From Trichodesmium erythraeum IMS101 (GTDB taxonomy: Bacteria; Cyanobacteriota; Cyanobacteriia; Cyanobacteriales; Microcoleaceae), in NCBI RefSeq assembly GCF_000014265.1, contig NC_008312.1, positions 1,200,001 through 1,232,000 on the forward strand: a DNA stretch of 32,000 nucleotides, given 5' to 3'. The position numbers and the translations under genes were made by a program. Under the pieces are notes generated by a model. The model ran no database searches. It saw only the letters and a program-made list of their open reading frames with translations, and was not told the origin of the DNA. Shown here piece after piece: positions 20,024 to 27,167 of this stretch; position 1 is the stretch's first letter; every line of letters begins with the position of its first letter.

Positions 20024-20526
20024 AATTAGAAACTCCTGATTGTTTTGTATAGCTGATTGTTTTTTATAGTCTGCATAGAAAAAATTATAGGCTAGTTGTC
20101 AGCATTCGGCCATAAACTTTTGAAAGAATCAAGCAATTACTAATAAATAGATTAAATACATTTCTACAATAGTTATATTTTTAACTACATCTTAATATAA
20201 TCTAATTTCCGGAAAAATTTTTAATTGCTAGTATCGCTCTAGGCAAATATCATAGGATATCTATCTTTTCCCTGACAACAGATTTTTTTTGTTGAGGACA
20301 AAAAATTTAGTGCTATGGTACTAGTCCTTTATGGTAACGATATACGGGAAAAAGGAATACCACTGCACAGGAGCAAAATGATCCCATTTGTCTGTTGAAG
20401 AAACATGGCGGACAATGCATGACTATGGCAATGGACCACTATCTATAATTCTATTAATTACCTCAATTTCTCCGAGTCCCAGGCTTGCTGACCTGCCGAC
20501 TTGCTGAGTCCCCTACCCCCCCACTT

Positions 20527-20564
20527 CCCTATTGCCCTATTGCCCTATTGCCCTGTTGCCCTAG
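20527..20564. repeat. Octamer tandem repeat (CCCTATTG)x3 plus two degenerate units
   Basis: CCCTATTG CCCTATTG CCCTATTG CCCTGTTG CCCTAG lies directly 3' of the M48 protease stop codon. It is preceded by a GC-rich tract with CTTGCTGA repeated (20484-20510). Confidence 0.85.
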
Positions 20565-20570
20565 TCCATG

Positions 20571-21530
20571 TTATCTTGACTTTATCCGGTTAATTTCTTG
20601 TTTTAAGTCTTGAATTTCACGACGCAAAGCATCTGCTTCATTTTCTGGAGAGTTTACTTCGACCTCAACAGCACCCTCACTAGTAGCACATTTATAGTTA
20701 CCAGCATGAATTTGACGATATTCAGCAGAATTTGCCCAGTTTTGCAAGTAGCGCAGTCGTTCTACTGGGAAAGGATGGCTCAACATTAGACCCTGACCAC
20801 CATTGTAAAGCAAAAATTTATAAACTTGATTTAGGCCATCTTGGTCTAGGCTTTGATAATCATCAGACTGACGAATGAACTCTTCTAGGCTACACTCATT
20901 TGCATACTTATTACTGACTCCAGCTACTTTCATCATAGTTTGCATAACTAAATTTAGGTCGTCCATGACTAAAAGAGCAGCTCGATCTGCTGATAATTCA
21001 GCTTTGCGTCGCCACTCGTAAAAGGCAAAAATTAACCCACTGCTAACTAAATTACCTAAACCAAAAGTTACGTCTGTGATCGCTGAAGCAATACCCATTG
21101 CCCAAGTTGCCATCTGATTTAAGATTGGGTGGCCACACTTAATATGTCCTAGTTCGTGAGCTAGTACGGTTTTTAATTCTGCTTGATTTAATAAGTCTAA
21201 GAGACCAGTATTTAAAACGATAATGGGTTGATCTTTGCCTAGGGAATAACTATTTACTTGGGGATCTTGAGAGACGAATAGGGTCGGTTCAGGTGATATG
21301 TCTAAATCTATAACACATCCTCGAAATATTTGATAGATACTGGCATATTGACGAGGCCCAACTTTAATTCCATTGCCCATTAAATAAACATATTGTGGGC
21401 GTTTATAAATAAATTCTACAAATTTACTGGCAATTAAGTCAAATCCAGGTACGTTGCGTAATGCATCTTCAGCTTGTCGATCTAGGGGATGGCGAAATGC
21501 TTCGCTAGAAATTCCGGTATAGGTAGGCAT
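20571..21530 (-). CDS. M48-family zinc metalloprotease with C-terminal coiled-coil tail
   Basis: 319 aa. It has the HELGHIKCGH (HExxH) motif, the downstream E in ELSADRAA, and a terminal heptad-like segment ENEADALRREIQDLKQEINRIKSR. Confidence 0.85.
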   Translation of the reverse strand: MPTYTGISSEAFRHPLDRQAEDALRNVPGFDLIASKFVEFIYKRPQYVYLMGNGIKVGPRQYASIYQIFRGCVIDLDISPEPTLFVSQDPQVNSYSLGKDQPIIVLNTGLLDLLNQAELKTVLAHELGHIKCGHPILNQMATWAMGIASAITDVTFGLGNLVSSGLIFAFYEWRRKAELSADRAALLVMDDLNLVMQTMMKVAGVSNKYANECSLEEFIRQSDDYQSLDQDGLNQVYKFLLYNGGQGLMLSHPFPVERLRYLQNWANSAEYRQIHAGNYKCATSEGAVEVEVNSPENEADALRREIQDLKQEINRIKSR

Positions 21531-21649
21531 GGTTAAGTTTTGATGACTTAGTAAGAATAAGCCAGTTTTGATTCTGGCATTTAAAGGTTTATATTAATTA
21601 TGTTGGCAAATAAAATAAAGCAACTGCAGTTTAAGGTTCAGATTTAAAT

Positions 21650-22027
21650 ATGGCTCACCTAAAAAAATACGATTCATTAGATCGTTCTTTAGAAAAAGCT
21701 TTGACAAATCAACTGATAGATAAGTATTTTGACCATACGGAAAGTTGGCTGAGGGCTATTCTACGAAAGTGCATTTTTTCTCTTGCTTATGTGCATGAAG
21801 AAACTATTTTAACTATTGAATGTCCAAATTTGGCTATTGCTAAAAGGTTGAGTCGTAAAACTCATCCTTTTTTATGTTTTGCAGAGTATTTTTCTGACTA
21901 TCAAAATGATCGGGTTTTGATTTGTTATTTGGATGAGGGTAAAAGTTGGCAGTGTTTTGACTCAACTGAAAAGTTGTGGATGCCTTTGGCTAATTTTGTT
22001 TCTTATTCTGCTCAAACTGATTATTAA
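21650..22027 (+). CDS. Hypothetical protein (125 aa), divergent from the M48 gene
   Basis: An open frame of 125 codons in AT-rich DNA with an ATG start. I recognise no motif. Confidence 0.5.
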   Translation: MAHLKKYDSLDRSLEKALTNQLIDKYFDHTESWLRAILRKCIFSLAYVHEETILTIECPNLAIAKRLSRKTHPFLCFAEYFSDYQNDRVLICYLDEGKSWQCFDSTEKLWMPLANFVSYSAQTDY

Positions 22028-22136
22028 TTTCAGACTTAATTCAAAACTAAAAAGTTGAGAAGTTTTATCTAGTTATAAGTTCTGAGTAATATCAAATCTA
22101 AAAAACTTTTCGATGTTTTCCTAAGTAGGGATGTGT

Positions 22137-22205
22137 GGAAGTTGAGGAGCCGGGAAGTTTAGGAGCTGCGGAGTCCGGGAGCCAGGAAGTTGAAGAGTCG
22201 GGGAC
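22137..22205. repeat. GC-rich degenerate repeat of about 16 nt (GGAAGTTGAGGAGCCG-like, 4 units)
   Basis: ggaagttgaggagccg ggaagtttaggagctgc ggagtccgggagcca ggaagttgaagagtcgggga lies about 110 nt 3' of the 125-aa ORF. Confidence 0.7.
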
Positions 22206-22757
22206 AAATAAATATCAGAATTATATACAATTATTGGCTAGTAGTAATTCCTCTTAATGTTATTGAATCTTACTAATTGTTTGATGATAAAAGTTTTGCA
22301 TTAAGTATAGCATTGTTTGGGAGAAATACATCAATTTTTGAAATTTTATTTAATATTATTTAGGTTTTTGAAGTTTCTTAATGGTTGGTGTATTTCCTCG
22401 TGTTTTGTTAAGTGATCAACCATTTATCTACATAATAAAATTTAGATCTTTTGCCTGATTAAATTAACCTATTTACTACAAAATTGGGTTTAAGTTCGGG
22501 CTCAAGTTCATAAAAGTTTACAAAAATTATATAAAATTTACACAATGAAAATAAAATTAATAGGGACAGAGGAGGATATAGTTTTCTCTTTGCTAGTTTA
22601 AGCGATCGCTCTCCAAGAAAGGTCAAAAGTTACCTATTCAAAAGTCAAATGGAAACTATCTAAATTTAACGGTTTGAAAATGTCTTATAATGATGGGGGT
22701 TACTATATTTTAATAAACTGCTATATTTCAATAAATTTTATTTTAGGATAAACATTT

Positions 22758-23264
22758 ATGGTTTATATTCATCAACGGTTAGCTGATTTAGAGAAAACGA
22801 TTAAAATACTTTACGAAAAACTGGGGTCTTTTGAAAAAGAGCTAGCTATTATCTCTCCCGGTAGTGATAAAAAGTTTGAAATACAGCAACGCATTAAGAC
22901 AGAAGTCTTACCGGATATTTTTCGTTATGAAAAGGAATACTGGGAGCTTTATCCCATGCAGGAGGTTGTTATTCCTGAAGATCAGGCGGCCAGTCAGTTG
23001 GTACAAGTTGAGCAAGCAGTTACTTCTCTTGAAGGTTCTTTTGCTGAGTACCCTCCGGAAATGTTGGCTTTGTTGGCAGAAATTCGAGCTAGGTTGGATG
23101 GTTTGGAGAGATCAGCTTCTGCTAAATTGAAAGTTGCTATACCTTTAATTCCGGCGATCGCTTCCTATGAATTGGAGATGGATACCGAAGGTGTGATGTC
23201 TAAAACCTGGAAACCTCTCAGAGGATTGATCATGAGGTTACATCCTACCTTTTTTCGGAAATGA
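22758..23264 (+). CDS. Hypothetical all-helical protein (168 aa) immediately upstream of the NB-ARC gene, or a frame-shifted N-terminal module of it
   Basis: The ATG has AGGA about 10 nt upstream. The N-terminal heptad-like region is RLADLEKTIKILYEKLGSFEKELAIISPGSDKKFEIQQRIKTEVLPDIFRYEKEYWELY. An acidic linker follows, then LALLAEIRARLDGLERSASAKLKVAIPLIPAIASYELEMDTEGVMSKTWKPLRGLIMRL, which contains a hydrophobic Pro-containing segment. The stop TGA (23262-23264) overlaps ATGATG (23261-23266). Confidence 0.65.
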   Translation: MVYIHQRLADLEKTIKILYEKLGSFEKELAIISPGSDKKFEIQQRIKTEVLPDIFRYEKEYWELYPMQEVVIPEDQAASQLVQVEQAVTSLEGSFAEYPPEMLALLAEIRARLDGLERSASAKLKVAIPLIPAIASYELEMDTEGVMSKTWKPLRGLIMRLHPTFFRK

Positions 23265-23331
23265 TGGCCAGTCAAAAAGCAATCCACCTGTCAATAATCA
23301 TCTTTTTAAGCTCCCACTGTCAGATATTTCG

Positions 23332-24285
23332 ACGTTTACTGGGCGCAGGGATGAGCTGAAACAGTTGGAAAATTTACTGCTGTTTCAGGAGGGTGAGAAA
23401 GTATGCAGTATTGTGGGGTTGACGGGAGGAGGCGGAGTTGGTAAATCTGCTTTAGCTTATCATTTTGCTACTGTCCATCGGTATGAGTTTCCTGACGGAG
23501 TGATAGGTTTGCGAGTGGATAAAAAGGATGTCAATAGTATTGCCCGTCAGTTGGCGAGAATCATTGGCCATCCTATTGATGAGGATGATGATATAGAAGC
23601 TAGGGAGATTATGCAAAGGTTCTTTGCTCCCAGGCGGATGTTGCTGATTTTTGATAATGCGGAAGAGGCGAAAATTAAGGTACTACGTCCGGGGGGAAAC
23701 CGTTGTGCTATAATTGTTACTACTAGAAAGCAGAATTTGCCTGTTTCTTTGGATTTGTCTGAAACTGCTACAATTAGGTTAAGATCGCTCCCGGAAAATG
23801 ATGCTCTGGACTTACTGAGGAATATTGTGGGTCAAAGTGAGATTGATAATGCCTTAGCTGCAGCAAAACGGATAGCTGAAGTTGTTGGTAGGTTACCTTT
23901 GGCCCTACAGGTTGCAGGTGGTACTCTGCGGGGAAAAAGGCGATCGCTGGCTACTTATGCTGATTCTCTACAAAGGCAAAAGGAGCAATTGAGACTTTTA
24001 CCACGACTACGCTTGGGGGAAGATCCAGATTTTAATGTGGTAGCTTGTTTGAATTTGAGTTTGGAGTTTTTGCAGGAGGAGGAAATTGATTTTTTTGCTT
24101 GTCTGGGGGTTTGTGGGGAGGATGGGTTTGCTCTGAGAACGGCAATGGCAGCAGGGGGTTGTGAGGATGAGTTTGATGCTGAGGATTTTTTAAATAAGTT
24201 GTATGAGGTATCGTTGTTGAATTCTGAGGAAGTTCAACAGGACCGTTTTGTATTACATCCTTTGGTGCGGGAGTATGCTAGGTCT
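23332..24285 (+). other. NB-ARC (AP-ATPase) nucleotide-binding module of the STAND protein
   Basis: Runs from TFTGRRDEL through the P-loop, Walker B, TTR, GLPL-like and LHP (MHD-like) motifs, in the canonical order and spacing. Confidence 0.85.
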
Positions 24286-26955
24286 GTTGCTCAAGATAGG
24301 AATTTGCTGAGTTTGGCTCAGGAACGTCATGCTCAGTTTTTTGTGGAGCGGTTACAGTTTGATGATTTGGAGGATGAGACGGTTATTGCGGAAGTTGCTA
24401 CAGATTTGAGTGATGTGTTCTTAGCTGCTGAGTGGTTGCAGAGTTATTGGGGTCAGACGACGGAGAGTAGAAAGGAAGCTTATGAATTTGTTTTAAAGTT
24501 GCAGCCGTTATTTGAACATTATGGCTATTGGGAACAGGGAATTAGTCTGATGGAAAGACTTCAAACTTGGGCAGAACAATTTGATGATTGGTATACAATA
24601 GTTAGATGTCAAATGCACCAAGGTCGGTATTGGTCTTTTGTAGAAGAATTTGAACGAGCAGAAGAAATCTTAATTTCTGCAAAAGATATTTCATCTGATG
24701 ATCAAAAAATTGAAGATATAGATACGCGGGGGAAGCGCCATTCTAAAGTACTAAATGTACTAGGTGGTGTTTATAAGAAACAAGGTAAGACGGAAAAAGC
24801 TATTGAAACTTTTAAAGCACAAATAGCAATTGATGAAAGTCTTGATGATAAAAAGTCTCTTACTATTGCTTGGAACCGTTTAGGAGGAGTGTTAGAAAAA
24901 CAAGGTAAATTCAAGGAAGCACAGCAGGCTTTTGAAACCGAAATAGACCTCGCTAAAAGTATTGATGACAAACATGGACTTGCTATTGGCTGGAATTGTT
25001 TAGGAGGAGTGTTAGAAAAACAAGGTCAATTCAAGGAAGCACAGCAGGCTTTTGAAAAGGGAATAGAGCTGGCTAAAAGTCTTGATGACAAACGTGAACT
25101 TGCTATTGCCTGGAATTGTTTAGGAGGAGTGTTAGAAAAACAAGGTAAATTCAAGGAAGCACAGCACGCTTTTGAAAAGGGAATAGAGCTGGCTAAAAGT
25201 CTTGATGACAAACATCAACTTGCTATTGGCTGGAATTGTTTAGGAGGAGTGTTAGAAAAACAAGGTAAATTCAAGGAAGCACAGGAGGCTTTTGAAAAGG
25301 AAATAGAGCTGGCTAAAAGTCTTGATGACAAACATGGACTTGCTATTGGCTGGAACCGTTTAGGAGGAGTGTTAGAAAAACAAGGTCAATTCAAGGAAGC
25401 ACAGCAGGCTTTTGAAAAGGGAATAGAGCTGGCTAAAAGTCTTGATGACAAACATGGACTTGCTATTGGCTGGAACCGTTTAGGAGGAGTGTTAGAAAAA
25501 CAAGGTCAATTCAAGGAAGCACAGCAGGCTTTTGAAAAGGGAATAGAGCTGGCTAAAAGTCTTGATGACAAACATCAACTTGCTATTGGCTGGAATTGTT
25601 TAGGAGGAGTGTTAGAAAAACAAGGTCAATTCAAGGAAGCACAGCACGCTTTTGAAACCGAAATAGACCTCGCTAAAAGTCTTGATGACAAACATGGACT
25701 TGCTATTGGCTGGAATTGTTTAGGAGGAGTGTTAGAAAAACAAGAGAAACTCAAGGAAGCAGAGCACGCTTTTGAAAAAACAATCAAGAATACAGACTTC
25801 AATCATAAACAGTCTCTTACTCTTGGCTGGAAGCGTTTAGAAAGAGTGCAAAAAAAGAGGAAATTAAAGGAAGCACAACAAGCTTTGAAAGAACAAATAG
25901 AGAACGCTAAAAGTCTGGATGACCAAAAATCTCTTGCTATTAGCTGGAATTCTCTAGGAGAGTTGCTAAAAAAAGAGAGGAAACTAGATGAAGCACAGCA
26001 GGCTTTTGAAATAGTAATTAATATCAGCCAAAATTTCAAAGATCAATATTTTTTAACTGCGTGGGCATTACATAATTTAGGCATAATTTATAAATCAAAA
26101 AAAGAATTTGAAACAGCCGAAAAATTCCTCAAGGAAAGCGTCGAAATTTTTAAAGATAACAATTATTTACCAGGTTTAACAAAAGTGATGAGTACCCTAG
26201 GCAGTGTTCTAGAAAAACAACAGAAATGGAAAGAAGCAAAGAAAGTCTTAGAAGAAAGTTACAGTTTTGCCGAAAAACTTGGGGATGAATTAGGACAAGC
26301 TATTATAGCCAATAGCTTAGGACAAGTTATGGCTCATCTGGAAGAAGACGAAGCTCATGAGCGTTCCTTTATGTACTTTAACCAAAGCATTAAACTAGGA
26401 AAAAAACTAAATAATGAACCTCACCTAGCAAAAGTATATACAGCAAGAGGAAAAATATTTTGCAACCGCGGACAGAACGAACGCGCTGTTGAAGAATTGT
26501 CTCAAGGGTTTGAAATTGATGTCAAATTAGGCAACATCCGAGGTTTAAGGATAATTATTCCCAGTATAACCCGTATTTTATCTACATTAGGAAAACAAGA
26601 AGAAGCATTAGCATATTGTGAGCGGGCACTAAAAGTTGCTCCTAATAATACCAGTTTCCAAGAATTATATCACAAAATTCAGAGAGCGATCGCCACAGGT
26701 ACTCAGCCAACCTTCTTTATAACAGGTTCAGTGCAATACATTCGGTATGATAAAAAAGAAAAGTTATACAGGGGTAGAATTAGTCCAGATGATGGAACCT
26801 TAGACATTTTCTTTAACGACAAATACATGAATACTGAGTCTATATCTCAATTAACCGAAGGAGAGTTAGTAGAAGTTGAGGTCAAAGAAAAAAATGGAAA
26901 ACGCTATGCAAAACAAATTAGTGTAATTGAGGAAGAAGAAGATGATGATTGGTAA
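23365..26955 (+). CDS. STAND NTPase (NLR-like): NB-ARC domain + about 20 TPR-like repeats + C-terminal cold-shock-like OB fold; true 5' end unresolved (frame open from 23236)
   Basis: Coordinates are from the ORF track (TTG start).
- NB-ARC motifs read from the translation: P-loop GLTGGGGVGKS (23416-23448), Walker B LLIFDNAEE (D at 23653), IIVTTR (RNBS-B/sensor I), GRLPLALQVAG (GLPL motif, 23887-), LHPLVREYA (MHD-like, H at 24256).
- The same frame continues upstream without a stop as GYILPFFGNDGQSKSNPPVNNHLFKLPLSDISTFTGRRDELKQL. This includes the 'F.GR..EL..L' element that normally precedes the P-loop, so the TTG is probably not the real N-terminus. Confidence 0.9.
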   Translation: MENLLLFQEGEKVCSIVGLTGGGGVGKSALAYHFATVHRYEFPDGVIGLRVDKKDVNSIARQLARIIGHPIDEDDDIEAREIMQRFFAPRRMLLIFDNAEEAKIKVLRPGGNRCAIIVTTRKQNLPVSLDLSETATIRLRSLPENDALDLLRNIVGQSEIDNALAAAKRIAEVVGRLPLALQVAGGTLRGKRRSLATYADSLQRQKEQLRLLPRLRLGEDPDFNVVACLNLSLEFLQEEEIDFFACLGVCGEDGFALRTAMAAGGCEDEFDAEDFLNKLYEVSLLNSEEVQQDRFVLHPLVREYARSVAQDRNLLSLAQERHAQFFVERLQFDDLEDETVIAEVATDLSDVFLAAEWLQSYWGQTTESRKEAYEFVLKLQPLFEHYGYWEQGISLMERLQTWAEQFDDWYTIVRCQMHQGRYWSFVEEFERAEEILISAKDISSDDQKIEDIDTRGKRHSKVLNVLGGVYKKQGKTEKAIETFKAQIAIDESLDDKKSLTIAWNRLGGVLEKQGKFKEAQQAFETEIDLAKSIDDKHGLAIGWNCLGGVLEKQGQFKEAQQAFEKGIELAKSLDDKRELAIAWNCLGGVLEKQGKFKEAQHAFEKGIELAKSLDDKHQLAIGWNCLGGVLEKQGKFKEAQEAFEKEIELAKSLDDKHGLAIGWNRLGGVLEKQGQFKEAQQAFEKGIELAKSLDDKHGLAIGWNRLGGVLEKQGQFKEAQQAFEKGIELAKSLDDKHQLAIGWNCLGGVLEKQGQFKEAQHAFETEIDLAKSLDDKHGLAIGWNCLGGVLEKQEKLKEAEHAFEKTIKNTDFNHKQSLTLGWKRLERVQKKRKLKEAQQALKEQIENAKSLDDQKSLAISWNSLGELLKKERKLDEAQQAFEIVINISQNFKDQYFLTAWALHNLGIIYKSKKEFETAEKFLKESVEIFKDNNYLPGLTKVMSTLGSVLEKQQKWKEAKKVLEESYSFAEKLGDELGQAIIANSLGQVMAHLEEDEAHERSFMYFNQSIKLGKKLNNEPHLAKVYTARGKIFCNRGQNERAVEELSQGFEIDVKLGNIRGLRIIIPSITRILSTLGKQEEALAYCERALKVAPNNTSFQELYHKIQRAIATGTQPTFFITGSVQYIRYDKKEKLYRGRISPDDGTLDIFFNDKYMNTESISQLTEGELVEVEVKEKNGKRYAKQISVIEEEEDDDW
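24721..26034 (+). repeat. In-frame tandem array of 120-nt (40-codon) TPR-like cassettes: 8 near-identical core units (24841-25800) plus 3 diverged flanking units
   Basis: Unit starts lie at 24721, 24841, 24961, 25081, 25201, 25321, 25441, 25561, 25681, 25801 (38 codons) and 25915. The consensus is LDDKHGLAIGWNCLGGVLEKQGQFKEAQQAFEKGIELAKS. The units 25321-25440 and 25441-25560 are identical. Confidence 0.95.
26710..26925 (+). other. Cold-shock-domain-like OB fold at the C-terminus of the STAND protein, followed by the acidic tail EEEEDDDW
   Basis: The sequence is TFFITGSVQYIRYDKKEKLYRGRISPDDGTLDIFFNDKYMNTESISQLTEGELVEVEVKEKNGKRYAKQISVI. It follows the CSD pattern G.V.(W/Y)....(K)GYG(F)I..DDG..D(I/V)F(V/F)H.S.I......L.EG..VEF.V....GK..A..V. 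The RNP1/RNP2 positions are only partly aromatic (LYRGRI, DIFFN). Confidence 0.55.
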
Positions 26956-27143
26956 TTCTGATAATTGTAGTCAATTCTCAAGTTTTATGAATAGATATAT
27001 TCCCAACAAAAAAGATATTTACAAACTATTTTTATGATTCTCTAACTGCAATAAAAAATCCTGAAATAAATAATTTATGACAGATAGAGAAACCTAACTT
27101 ATTATCAATAAAATCAGGTTTTAATTCTCCCTACCATTGTACT

Positions 27144-27164
27144 AATAATTGATAACTGAAATGA
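27144..27164 (+). repeat. Heptamer block (GATAAYT family) in the convergent spacer between the STAND gene and the Rpn-like gene
   Basis: AATAATT GATAACT GAAATGA. The stretch 27141-27166 matches 6978-7003 at 24 of 26 positions, with 20 consecutive identities. Here the ATG opens only a 9-codon ORF. Confidence 0.8.
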
Positions 27165-27167
27165 TAC

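Noticed and set aside
22864-23130. Track ORF 22864..23130 (+), 88 aa.
   Set aside because: It is an alternative frame nested entirely inside the 168-aa ORF. It has a basic low-complexity composition, no independent start context and no motifs.
23160-23340. BELL-domain protein plus NLR pair sharing an amyloid signalling motif (BASS), as described for adjacent small-gene/NLR pairs in multicellular bacteria.
   Set aside because: I compared the C-terminus of the 168-aa ORF (..DTEGVMSKTWKPLRGLIMRLHPTFFRK) with the N-terminal region of the NB-ARC frame (..DGQSKSNPPVNNHLFKLPLSDIS..). I see no shared G/N/Q-hydrophobic motif of about 20 residues. The idea is unsupported by the sequence, although a profile search could revisit it.
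24721-26034. The regular 120-nt repeat array could be mistaken for a CRISPR array or for a diversity-generating retroelement target.
   Set aside because: The units are contiguous with no unique spacers, lie in frame inside a 1196-codon ORF, and encode TPR-like helices. Substitutions between units are not adenine-specific, and no reverse transcriptase or template repeat is present in the window.
24771-26039. Antisense ORFs 24771..24971, 25026..25211 and 25803..26039 (-) with repetitive 'SKACCASLNLPCFSNTPPK' peptides.
   Set aside because: They are the reverse-strand shadow of the TPR cassette array. Their periodicity simply mirrors the sense-strand repeat.
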